A stretch of DNA of 64,000 nt, taken from NCBI RefSeq assembly GCF_009914755.1, contig NC_060932.1. One strand, given 5' to 3'. Of this stretch, positions 1 through 19,457 are shown one piece after another. The notes below the pieces were generated by a model that worked only from the letters and a program-made list of their open reading frames with translations, was not told the origin of the DNA and made no database searches. The DNA is from the human T2T-CHM13v2.0 reference genome, Homo sapiens. The position numbers and the translations under genes are program-made. How positions within the stretch are numbered: position 1 is the first letter of the stretch; each line of letters begins with the position of its first letter.

Positions 1-1440
1 GATGGGGAAAGTTCTCCTGGGTAATATCCTGCAGAGTGTTTTCCAACTTGGTTCCATTCTCCCCGTCAGTTTCAGGTACACCAATCAGACGTAGATTTGG
101 TCTTTTCACATAGTCCCATATTTCTTGGAGGCTTTGCTCATTTCTTTTTATTCTTTTTTCTCTAAACTTCCCTTCTCGCTTCATTTCATTCATTTCATTT
201 TCCATCATTGATACCCTTTCTTCCAGTTGATCACATCGGCCCCTGAGGCTTCTGCATTCTTCACGTAGTTCTCGAGCCTTGGTTTTCAGCTCCATCACCT
301 CCTTTAAGCACTTCTCTGTATTGGTTATTCTAATTATACATTCTTCTAAATTTTTTTCGAAGTTTTCAACTTCTTTGCCTTTGGTTTGAATGTCCTCCTG
401 CAGCTCAGAGTAATTTGATCGTCTGAAGCCTTCTTCTCTCAGCTTGTCAAAGTCATTCTCCATCCAGCTTTGTTCCGTTGCTGGTGAGGAACTGCGTTCC
501 TTTGGAGGAGGAGAGATGCTCTGCTTTTTAGAGTTTCCAGTTTTTCTGTTCTGTTTTTTTCCCCATCTTTGTGGTTTTATCTACTTTTGGTCTTTGATGA
601 TGGTGACGTACAGATGGGTTTTTGGTGTGGATGTCCTTTCTGTTTGTTAGTTTTCCTTCTAACAGACAGGACCCTCAGCTGCAGGTCTGTTGGAATACCC
701 TGCCGTGTGAGATGTCAGTGTGCCCCTGCTGGGGGGTGCCTCCTAGTTAGGCTGCTCGGGGTCAGGGGTCAGGGACCCACTTGAGGAGGCAGTCTGCCCG
801 TTCTCAGATCTCCAGCTACGTGCTGGGAGAACCACTGCTCTCTTCAAAGCTGTCAGACAGGGACATTTAAGTCTGCAGAGGTTACTGCTGTCTTTTTGTT
901 TGTCTGTGCCCTGCCCCCAGAGGTGGAGCCTATAGAGGCAGGCAGGCCTCCTTGAGCTGTGGTGGGCTCCACCGAGTTCAAGCTTCCTGGCTGCTTTGTT
1001 TAGCTAAGCAAGCCTGGGCAATGGCGGGCGCCCGTTGCCCAGCCTTGCTGCCGCCTTGCAGTTTGATCTCACACTGCTGTGCTAGCAATCAGCGAGACTC
1101 TGTGGGCGTAGGACCCTCTGAGCCAGGTGCGGGATATAATCTCGTGGTGCGCCGTTTTTTAAGCAGGTCAGAAAAGCGCAGTATTCGGGTGGGAGTGACC
1201 CGATTTTCCAGGTGCGTCCGTCACCCCTTTCTTTGACTCAGAAAAGGAACTCCCTGACCCCTTGCGCTTCCCAAGTGAGGCAATGCCTCACCCCGCTTTG
1301 GCTCACACACGGTGCACGCACCCACTGACCTGCGCCCACTGTCTGGCACTTCCAAGTGAGATGAACCCAGTACCTCAGATGGAAATGCAGAAATCACCCA
1401 TCTTCTGCGTTGCTCACGCTGGGTGCTGTAGACCGGAGCT
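1..1440 (-). mobile_element. Young L1PA (L1PA2/late L1PA3-like) 5'UTR and start of ORF1; continues beyond the window start; lacks the terminal ~30 nt
   Basis: Reverse complement matches L1 5'UTR/ORF1. Compared with the L1 at 13840-13975 it lacks ~128 bp at ~694. It ends at gtagaccggagct (1440) without the usual gttcctattcggccatcttgg terminus. Confidence 0.95.
1021..1236 (+). CDS. L1 ORF0 (antisense ORF of the primate L1 5'UTR), intact 71 aa
   Basis: gcaATGg Kozak context. MAGARCPALLPPCSLISHCCASNQRDSVGVGPSEPGAGYNLVVRRFLSRSEKRSIRVGVTRFSRCVRHPFL* matches the ORF0 peptide as recalled. Donors ccag|gtgcgg (1126/1127) and ccag|gtgcgt (1211/1212). Confidence 0.85.
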   Translation: MAGARCPALLPPCSLISHCCASNQRDSVGVGPSEPGAGYNLVVRRFLSRSEKRSIRVGVTRFSRCVRHPFL

Positions 1441-2110
1441 CAATAAAATGTTATTTAGAAAACCATAAGGGAGACTGGATTTGGCCTGTGGCCTATAGTT
1501 TTCTGACCCCTCATAGAGGATTGATGGAAGGTAACCATGTAAAGAAACCAGGAGACAAAGGAAGATTTGCTGTAGTCAGCTACAGTTTCCTTGTCACATG
1601 TCCTTGGACTAGTATCAATTTATTATAAGGTTTTCACCCATCCATCGTGAAATAAATAAAGTTAGGAATCTCAGTTATTCATTTTAAAATGTTGGCCTTT
1701 TTTTGGTGTTATGCCTTTTTCATTTGTTTTGTTTTAATTTTTTTTCATGTAAGAAATAACATTAACAGCTGGGTTTTTTAAAAAAATAAAAGCCACTTTG
1801 TAAATGTTTATGTTCCCAGTGGCAGTGGGAATATAAAATGGAAGCAGAAGAGAGGTATAGTCAATATGATTTAGTGACTGTTGAATGAGAAAATTTAGGG
1901 GACAGAGAGAAATCTCAGATGATTCACAGGTTTCCAGGTTGTACAGTATTATTTAACCTGAACATGAGGAAGGAGTAGGAAATTTTCTGGTGAATACAGA
2001 AGAGCAAAGAAGAGCAGCTCAAGAGGAATGACTAATTATTTTTCTGTGCATGTTTAATGGGATATTCATATAGGATTTTTGAATAGATCATTGAATATCA
2101 GCATTTATAG

Positions 2111-2359
2111 CTGGCATCCTACTAGTTTGACTCTCAGTAATAAGACTTGTCAAAGATCCAAGAATCTGAAAGTTGATGATAAATTTCCATGTGTATCACC
2201 ATCAATGACTGAAAGTCAGCATCCACAGAATTGGGAGAGATGAACTTAATAGATAAAGATGAATTGGAGTTGTGTTTCTCTTAGAGAATGATACTCTCCA
2301 TGACTTGTGTGAGTCACAGCTGCCAGAAAACAAAGAGGCCAAGGAACATATTAAAGAAG
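2111..2359 (+). pseudogene. Decayed CCDC144/ANKRD26-family pseudo-exon
   Basis: After tttatag it reads [34 protein letters not shown], then frameshifts to GVVFLLENDTLHDLCESQLPENKEAKE. This resembles the recalled CCDC144A segment [32 protein letters not shown]...NDTLHDLCQSQLPENKESKE. Confidence 0.75.
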
Positions 2360-4052
2360 CACAGCAAATTCAGTCCTAGAGTGCCTCTGCTTGGCTTCGT
2401 GTTATAGTTCTGACTTCTAAAAAATCACTTTTTGGCAAAATATACTTTGTGTTTCTTCCCCTCTTGCAAACTGCAACCAAACAGAATCCTTTTTAGCAAG
2501 GCATTTTTGTGTTCTTTGACCAAAGCAACATATAAATAACAAAAAGAAGTAAGAGAAAGAACTTTTTTTTGTGTGTATAGGCTAGTATTTAACATAAACT
2601 TGAGAGTGAGTGCCAGTATTATATTTAGGATTTAGGGACTAGATAGGAAAACTGGATAGAAATCTAAAGATTGCTGACTCAAACACAATGTGGTTTCTTT
2701 GCTTTATTTTCACAGCTCTGAATTCACAACTATTAGTTATATTTATATGCACTATAACTTTAGAAAGCACCTTCCCAAACCAAATTTTATGTGATTTCTT
2801 ATAATTTAGATGACTTTATTATAGAATTGAATTTCCAACTGTTCATAAGAATTATTGAGCATTTGCTACATAGTATCATCTCAGCTGTGTCCACATGAGC
2901 TACCTATCACCTTGTGTTAATGAATAATGGTTCACCAGGAATATTGGTTTTGGCATTTAAAGTGATCTGTATTTAATGCAGATAGGACCAGGGACCACTC
3001 TTGAACATTAATGTCCAAGCATCTTAAAATTACACAGAATGCTTTCATAATCAGAATTCTGCCTCACTCTCCATCTTTAGCCCTTTTCCCCATGTGCCCT
3101 TTCTCTGGCATTACTGAACTGCCTGCAATGCCCTACTCACTCATCCTTCTCTTGTAGGCAAATACATTCACTCTTTCACACCTTACTCCCTCTCTTGCTG
3201 CTTCCTGGCATACTGCCAACCTTTCCTGCCCTCTACCCCTTGTAATCTGGCTAGCCTCAATATTTAAGTCTCTGCTTGGCCATGATTTCTAGAAAACCAT
3301 CCCTGACATGCTTTATTTTCATTCTTTTTAAATCCTAATGCCTACTATGTATGTAGCAGGACTCAGTAAAAAATTGCTGAGTAAAATAAAGAATGTTTAT
3401 ACAAAGGTGATGTGCAAGACTGTCCCCTACAGTCTTGGAGCCGAGGGGACAGACATGTGGAGCAATAACGTACATTTGAGATGGTAAAGATGCAGTAGAA
3501 AAATAAGTAAAGTATTAAGGCAGCCTCAAGGAAGGAGGTACCTGTTTATCTGGGGAAAGACATGCAGAATCAAGGAAGACTTCACATAGCATTGTTTTAA
3601 AAGATGAAAAAAATTGTCAGAATAGTGGAGGGAAACATTTAAATATTAGGAAGACATTGTACACTAATAAAGGTGTCAGCAGTGATTTTGGAAATCATTT
3701 ACAAGGCACTATTAGGAAGTGGAGAACAGTATACTGTGTTACCTTATATGTTTCTGCCGTATTTTAATATTGTGTTCCTGGTGGTTTTGTTCATTTACGT
3801 TGGGTGGATGAATTTGTGAGTGAATGTTTGACATGTTTGTATGTCCTCAATCTGGTGGACTCTGGTATCTCCCCAAGTGGTTTGTTGAAGTTTTGGAGAA
3901 TTATTACTTAAGTAACTATTTCATGAAAGATTAAGCTTCATTTAAGCGCTCAATTTATGAAATGAAATGTCTTAAATCTATTTTTATAAAAACAATAGTT
4001 TTAAATTGTTCTAAGTGGTTCATTTTAACCAAATATATGGATTTCACTTCAG

Positions 4053-4123
4053 AACAAGACTTAAAGCTGACATCAGAGGAAGAGCCACAAAGGCTTAAAG
4101 GAAGTGAAAATAGTCAGCATGAG
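4053..4123 (+). CDS. POTEA: POTEA coding exon ((E)QDLKLTSEEEPQRLKGSENSQHE), phase 1 start, GC donor
   Basis: Acceptor cacttcag at 4045-4052; donor gag|gcatgt; peptide matches the POTE post-ankyrin region. Confidence 0.9.
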
Positions 4124-5515
4124 GCATGTAAAATTTTAAATTTAAATTTCTGGTTTAATGTTCTTTTCTTTGCTTTGATAATAGTAGATAGTCCAAATGA
4201 AATTACCTTTCAGACTAGGCTTTGATAATCAATAAATTTTTTAAAATAATTTTTTAATAGATTCTTAAAATTTATTTTAATAGATTTAGTGACCTTATTA
4301 ACAGAAGAATCAATAGAATCTAATTTAATATTTGATATTTAACTTAAAGATTATAACCCACTATAAAATTTAAAATATTCTTATTTAAAATATTCTTATC
4401 TGCCTTCTTGATTGGCTTATAGCTAATCTTTCCCTTTGGAATAGAGGCAAAACAAATCCAGAACTTTATTTGTTCTTTTATTTTTACAACATCCTTACAT
4501 GATAAAGAAAGTAACATCAATTATTGGATCATATTATCAAGCAATTGAAATTATGAACAATGTAGCAGTGATGGTCCCTGAGCTGGATTCATGGCAAAGG
4601 AGTAATCATGGCCAGTGATTGAAAATCTGCGGTTTTATATTGCCAGTCAGTGATGCCAAGGTTAAAGATGAATTCTACCTGTGGTCTCTCACTGACCTCA
4701 GGGTTTCTGTTCAGGGAGAGAACCAGGTCTTAAAAGCAACCCAACTGCCTATTACAATAATCATATCTTGCAGAATGAGACCTTTGTTGTTAGTGTACAA
4801 ACACAGTAACATTTTAACATTTCAGTTGCAGAACATCAGTACATATTATTTAAAAATTTTTATCCTCTGTCATTAGTACACATTAGAATATATTAGAACT
4901 GGACTTAAGCCGATAGTCTAGATACATAACATGATCGTATTATAGTACATAATTTCAATTAAAATGTAACAATTTGCATTTCTTTCTGTTTGGTGTTGAT
5001 TTTGGCTCCTAATAATTTAAAGTGTGCCTACACTCCAGTTAGTAATCTTTTAAAAAACCACCTAAATGCACTGTAGGGGCTCACTACTTAAGGTATGGTG
5101 AAGTAAAATCTTTTCAAGTGAGAAAAACCCTACAAATTACCTGCTAATTCATTTTGGTAGATTTAACACATAATGAATTAAGTTTAATCCAAACAAAAGG
5201 TGACAAAGTTAAGTTTTCCAGTTCATGTTTTTCTTCTTTCTTTGGCTAAGGTGAATTTTTTTATGTTTTAGTCAGAAGCCAGTGATGTGGCAGTAGCTAA
5301 ACATAGAATAAAATGTTAATTCTTCATTTTAGTTATTTAATTATTATTTCTTTAATTATTTTAACAGGTAAATTTTAATTTTAATTATTTTCTAATTTTT
5401 TATTGTCCATACTTGATTACTTAAGAATAAAATTATTTTAAAAACATGTACTCCAAAAGAGCAGACATCTGAGAAACACAACAAGCAAATTAACCTTCTA
5501 TAATTGCATCTGCAG

Positions 5516-5560
5516 AAAGTGACTCAAGAACCAGACATAAATAAGGATTGCGATAGAGAG
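5516..5560 (+). CDS. POTEA: POTEA coding exon (KVTQEPDINKDCDRE)
   Basis: Acceptor tctgcag, donor gag|gtatac; 45 nt, phase 0-0, joins both flanking exons in frame. Confidence 0.9.
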
Positions 5561-6619
5561 GTATACCTTTATATTCAAATGTTTCCGTTGAATTAGATTT
5601 TTACATTATGTTGTTTAACAAAGTATAATAAGTTTAGGCATGTATGATTCTATCATGTAAGTAGCATAAATCATCAGTGAAAAATTTAGTATGTAACTCA
5701 GAAAGCTGAGTTGTGTACATTAAGTTTTAAAGAGAGACAAACCCTAGAAATATTCTTCATTATTATGGAATAATCCTGAATGGTGCCAAAAATGCTACGT
5801 AATGCTACTTTAGGAGCTTTGGATCAATCATTTTATCTTTCTTGGTATTAGTCTGATTATCAATAGATAATATGGCTAAAGAAGATAATTTGTTATTCTG
5901 TATATCCTCTAGCTAGAAAGTTTTATGGCCACTGAATGTGAAATTTGGGGAGCGTCTCATTTACTGGAATTCCATGCTAGCACCTCAGCAGTTTTATTCT
6001 GCTTTTTGTGTTGTGGGAAACTTTGGTTCCCATGTTTCAGTGAGCACTTTCATGTTTTTGATATCCCAGCAACCATATGAAAAAGCAATGATCACAGGCA
6101 GTGGGGGAGAAGAATATTTTAGTGCAGGAAAGGGAAATCTTCCTTTCTATTCCTGGAGCCCGACAGTGTCTCATCCTCTAAATCTGACTGCTTAATGGAA
6201 AATCCAGGTTGTAAAGATGGAAGAAGACACATTTTGCATCTTTGTGTTTTTATTTGTGTGTTCCCACAAGTCAAATGGGGTGAATATTTATATTAGATTC
6301 TGAAGAGTGGTTGGGAATAAAAGCACAAAATGAAATTTTGAAATTTTGGAAATTTTGAAATTTTGGAAAATTGTTCTATTCATTCAAAGAGAAATAAAGC
6401 AAACTTTACAAAAATTTTAATGATATACTAATGATGTAATAATTACATCTTAAAATTATATGGTAACAGTTCTGTATATATGATCAAATTTAAGTGTGAA
6501 ATATTTTTAATGACTAAAATTATGACAAACTGAGTCAAATGATAAAATCAATTAAAACAAAAAGGTACTTTTTATTCAATAAAGCAATAACTGTCCTTAA
6601 TATCAAACTTCCACTCAAG

Positions 6620-6786
6620 GTTGAAGAAGAAATGCAGAAGCATGGAAGTAATAATGTGGGATTATCAGAAAACCTGACTGATGGTGCTGCTGCTGGCAAT
6701 GGTGATGGTGGATTAGTTCCACAAAGAAAGAGCAGAAAGCATGAAAATCAGCAATTTCCTAACACAGAGATTGAAGAGTATCACAG
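6620..6786 (+). CDS. POTEA: POTEA coding exon ([14 protein letters not shown]...NTEIEEYH)
   Basis: Acceptor actcaag, donor ag|gtaagc; 167 nt, ends phase 2; lies within ORF 6539..6790. Confidence 0.93.
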
Positions 6787-7029
6787 GTAAGCCTATGGCA
6801 ACATTTAACAGGAGATAACTATGTGCTATCAAACTAATCCGAATTTGGACTAATATTCATGATGAAAAAATTTTATACTTTTCCTAGGATATTCAGCCTT
6901 GCCTGGTAATCAGAAGAATGAAAATCAGCAAACAATGAGTTATATTTTTTCCAGTCATTAATTTATTTGAAAAATAACCAGTGTTGGCAAATGTGAGGGA
7001 AAAAGCATTTTCTTTTCTTTTTAGTGAAC

Positions 7030-7352
7030 TTTTATTTTAGCTTCAGGGGTACACGTGCAGGTTTGTTACATAGGTAAACTGTATCATGGAGATTGGGGTT
7101 ACAGATTATTTCATCAGTCAGATAATAAGAATGATACCCAATAGGTAGTTTTTTGGTCCTCTCCCTCCTGCCATGCTCCACCCTCAAGTAGGCCGCAGTT
7201 GTCTGTTGTTCTCCTCTTTGTGTCCATGAGTTCTCATTGTTTGGTTCTGACAAATGAGTGAGAATATGTGGCATTTGATTTTCTGTTCCTGCATTAGTTT
7301 GCTTAGGATAATGACCTCCAGCTCCATCTGTGTTGCTGCAGAGGAAATGGAC
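7030..7352 (-). mobile_element. Old L1PA/L1PB 3' fragment
   Basis: L1 3'UTR and ORF2-end motif (QMELEVIILSKL) on the minus strand. Confidence 0.8.
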
Positions 7353-7954
7353 TCACTGAAAAGGATATTTTCATACACTGTTGGTAAATACATTTTGAGT
7401 GTTAATTTAGTAGCATATTCACACACACACATATATAACAGTAAGGATATAAAATATATGTATGTTATGGATATTTGTATAGATATATTACATATATACT
7501 TATGTATAAGGACATTTATTATAGCATAATTATATCAAAAAGTTGGAGCTAGTCCAAATCCTTATCAATAGGAAATAGCTCAGAAAATAATATAGTATGC
7601 AATCAGTTTTTTAAAATGAAGTTAGATCTAGAGTGTACTGATTATTTCACAATTAACATGTATTTAAAGCATTTAGTTTGCTGACCCATCTTAAGACAAT
7701 TTTGTTAGAATTCTTGTAGTATCTGCTGTGTTGCAAATGGAAGCTACATGTTATGTTGACACTGTACCTTGTTAGCAACAATATCGCTAGTTATTAAATT
7801 ATGGTTGTCAGTGCCTGAGTGCTGAAATAATTGGACCCTCAACTGAACATTGCCAAAGGATTGCACATGGGGATCTGTATTTTATGTAAATATTTCAGTA
7901 TATTGGATAAAACTTGTTTAAATACATCAAAGGATCTTTGATCTACTAAAACAG

Positions 7955-8292
7955 GAATTGGCCAGCTTTTTTCTGTAAAGAGCCAGTTGGTAAATATTTT
8001 AATCTTTGTGGACTATATGTACTTATTTTTTTGAGACAGGTTCTCACTCTGTTGCCCAGGCTGGAGTGCATTTGCGTGATCATGGCTCACTGCAGCCTCA
8101 ACTTTCTGGGCTCTAGTGATCCTCCCACCTCAGTCTCTCTACTAGCTGGGACCACAGGTGTGCAATATCACACCCAGATGATTGACTCTATGGACTATAA
8201 AGTAAATAAGCATGGCTGTGTTTCAAGATACCTTACTTAAAAAAACAGGCAGTGGGCTGGAGTGGGCCCACAAGTGTTAATTTGCTGACCCT
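7955..8292. mobile_element. MER58-like hAT relic interrupted by an Alu monomer (FLAM/AluJ, ~8025-8178, minus)
   Basis: tttttctgtaaagagccag...tttgctgacccttg ends; Alu-type gagacaggttctcactctgttgcccaggctgg inside. Confidence 0.6.
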
Positions 8293-8664
8293 TGTGCTAA
8301 AAGGAAGGTGTTGCTAATGCAGTGAATCTTATTTGTAAGTGTCCTGCATGCATGACATTATCCTTCCTTTGAAAAAAGAATATATTTCAGTATTCACCTC
8401 ACCATAGTTTTCAAGTGACTTCATATAATTTTTATATTGATGTAATTCATGTAATTATACTTCATAAAATTTTTAAAATTTCATTTATAAAATAAGATTA
8501 TTTTCTGCATTTCTCCTATTTTATTCCTGTTAATAGGACTCAGTATTTTACTGTGATCAATTACTTTGTATATGTGATGAGTATCAACTGTCCTAGATTT
8601 CACTGATTTTTATCAAGCAAGAAATACTCCTCTTGAAACTTTTAGTATTCCTTGGTCTTTATTT

Positions 8665-14751
<6,087 letters not shown>

Positions 14752-16083
14752 CCTTGGTCTTTATTTATAAGCATGAACAAAATGATAATCAGCTTATATA
14801 ATCCAGAAATGTTCACGGGGTCTTTTAGTTGTATAATTTTTTTATTATTATACTTTAAGTTCTAGGGTACATGTTCACAACATGCAGGTTTGTTACATGG
14901 GTTATACATGTGCCATGTTGGTTTGCTGCCCACATTAACTCATCATTTACATTAGGCATTTCTCCTAAGGCTATCCCTCCCCCTGGGCCCCACACTCTGA
15001 CAGGCCCCAGGGTGTGATGTTCCCCATGGTGTGTCCAAATGTTCTCATTGTTCAATTCCCACCTGTGAGTGAGAACGTGCGGTGTTTGGTTTTTTGTCCT
15101 TGTGATAGTTTACTGAGAATGATGGTTTCCAGCTTCATCCATGTCCCTGCAAAGGACATGAACTCATCCTTTTTCATGGTTGCATAGTATTCCATGGTGT
15201 ACATGTGCCACATTTTCTTAATTCAGTCTATCATTGATGGATATTTGGATTGGTTCCAAGTCTCTGCTATTGTGAGTAGTGCCCCAATAAACATATGTGT
15301 GCATGTGTCTTTATAGCAGCATGATTTATAATCCTTTGGATATATACCCAGTAATGGGATGACTGAGTCAAATGGTATTTCTAGTTTTAGATCCTTGAGG
15401 AATCACCACACTGTCTTCGACGTGGTTGAACTAGTTTACACTCCCATCCACAGTATAAAAGTGTTCCTATTTCTCCACATCCTCTCCAGCACCTGTTGTT
15501 CCCTGACTTTTAAATGATCACCATTCTAACTGGTGTGAGATGGTATCTCATTGTGGTTTTAATTTGCATTTCTCTGATGACCAGTGATAGCATTTTTTCA
15601 TGTGTCTGTTGGCTGCATAAATGTCTTCTTTTGAGAAGTGTCTGTTCATATCCTTCAGCCAATTGTTGATGTGATTGTTAGTTTTTTTCTTGTAAATTTG
15701 TTTGAGTTCTTTGTAGATTCTTGATATTAGCCTTTTGTCAGATGGGTAGATTGCAAAAATTTTCTCCCATTCTGTAGGTTGCCTGTTCACTCTGATGGTA
15801 GTTTCTTTTACTGTGCAGAAGCTCTTCAGTTTAACTAGATCCCATTTTTCAATTTTGGCTTTTGTTGCCATTGCTTTTGGTGTTTTAGTCATGAAGTTGT
15901 TTCCTATGCCTACATCCTGAGTAGTATTGCCTAGGTTTTCTTCTACGATTTTTATAGTTTTAGGTCTAACATTTAAGTCTTTAATCAATTTTGAATTAAT
16001 TTTTGTATAAAGTCTAAGGAAGGGATCCAGTTTCAGCTTTCTACATAAGCTAGCCAGTTTTCTCAGCACCATTTATTAAATAG

Positions 16084-16406
<323 letters not shown>

Positions 16407-16652
16407 CCCCATTTCTTGTTTTTGCCAGGTTTGTCAAAGATCAGATAGTTGTAGATGTGTGGTATTATTTATGAGGGCTCTGTTCTGTTCCATTGGTCTG
16501 TATCTTTGTTTGGTACCAGTACCATGCTGTTTTGGTTACTGTAGCCTTGTAGTATAGTTTGAAGTTAGGTAGCATGATGCTTCCAGCTTTGTTCTTTTGG
16601 CTGAGGATTGACTTGGCAATGCAGGCTCTTTTTTGGTTCCATATGAACTTTA

Positions 16653-17591
<939 letters not shown>

Positions 17592-19457
17592 CTAAAATTC
17601 TCTGTTTTTGTTGTGTCTGTGGCAGGCTTTGGTATCAGGATGATGCTGGCCTCATAAAATGAGTTAGGGAGGATTCCCTCTTTTTCTATTGTTTGGAATA
17701 GTTTCAGAAGGAATGGTGCCAGCTCCTTCTTGTACCTCTAGTAGAATTTGGCTGTGAATCTATCTGGTCTTTGACTTTTTTTGGTTTGAAAGCTATTAAT
17801 TATTGCCTCAATTTCAGAGCCTATTATTGGTCTATTCAGAGATTCAACTTCTTCCTGGTTTAGACTTGGGAGGGTATATGTGTCCAGGAATTTATCAATT
17901 TCTTCTAGATTTTCTAGTTTACTTGCATAGAGATGTTTATAATATTCTCTGATGGTAGTTTGTATTTCTGTGGGATCGGTGGTGATATCCCCTTTATCAT
18001 TTTTTATTGCATCTATTTGATTCTTCTCTCTTTTCTTCTGTATTATTCTTGCTTGCAGTCTATCAATTTTGTTGATCTTTTCAAAAAACCAGCTCCTGGA
18101 TTCTTTGATTTTTTGAAGGGCTTTTTATGTTTCTATCTCCTTCAGTTCTGCTCTGACCTTAGCTATTTCTTGCCTTCTGTTAGCTTTTGAATTTGTTTGC
18201 TCTTGCCTCTCTAGATCTTTTAATTGTAGTGTTAGGGTGTCAGTTTTAGATCTTTCCTGCTTTCTCTTGTGGGTACTTAGTGCTATAAATTTCCCTCTAT
18301 ACACTGCTTTAAATGTGTCCCAGATATTTTGGTACATCATGTCTTTGTTCTCATTGGTTTCAAAGAATATCTTTATTTCAGCCTTCATTTCATTATTTAT
18401 CCAGTAGTTATTTGGGAGCAGGTTGTTCAGTTTCCATGTAGTTAAGTGGTTTTGAGTGAGTTTCTTTATCCCGAGTCCTAATTTGATTGCACTGTGGTCT
18501 GAGAGACCGTTTGTTGTGATTTCTGTTCTTTTACATTTGCTGAGGAGTGCTTTACTTACAACTATGTGGTCAATTTTGGAAAAAGTGCAATGTGGTGCTG
18601 AGAATGTATATTCTGTTGAGTTGGGGTGGAGAGTTCTGTAGATGTCTATTAGGTCTGCTTGGTGCAGAGCTGAGTTCAAGTCCTAGATATCCTTTTTAAA
18701 CTTCTGTCTTGTTGAGCTTTCTAATATTGACAGTGGGGTGTTAAATTCTCCCATTATTATTGTGTGGGATTCTAAGTCTCTTTGTAGGCCTTTGAGGACT
18801 TGGTTTATGAATCTGGGTGCTCCTGTATTGGGTGTATATATATTTAGGATAGTTAGCTCTTCTTGTTGAATTGATCCCTTTACCATTATGTAATGGCCTT
18901 CTTTGTCTCTTTTGAGCTTTGTTGATTTAAAGTCTGTTTTATCAGAGAGTAGAATTGCAACCTCTGCTTTTTTTTCCTTTCCATTTGCTTGGTAGATCTT
19001 CCTCCATCCCTTTATTTTGAGCCTATGTGTGTCTCTGAATGTGAGATGGGTCTCCTGAATAGAGCACACTGATGGGTCTTGAATCTTTATCCAATTTGCC
19101 AGTCTGTGTCTTTTAATAGGAGCATTTAGCCCATTACATTTAAGATTGGTATTGTTTTGTGTGAATTTGATTCTGTCATTATGATGTTAGCTGGTTATTT
19201 TGCCCGTTAGTTGATGCAGTTTCTTCCTGGCATCTATGATCTTTACAATTTGGCATGTTTTTGCAGTGGCTGGTACTGGTTGTTACTTTCCATGTTTAGT
19301 GCTTCATTCAGGAGCTCTTGTAAGGCAGGCCTGGTGGTGACAAAATCTCTCAGCATTTGCTTGCCTGTAAAGTGTTTTATTTCTCCTTCACTTATGAAGC
19401 TTAGTTTGGCTGGATATGAAATTCTGGGTTGAAAATTTTTTTCTTTAAGAATGTTGA

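Noticed and set aside
6330-6372. gaaatttt(g) short tandem repeat
   Set aside because: Simple slippage repeat with no evidence of function.
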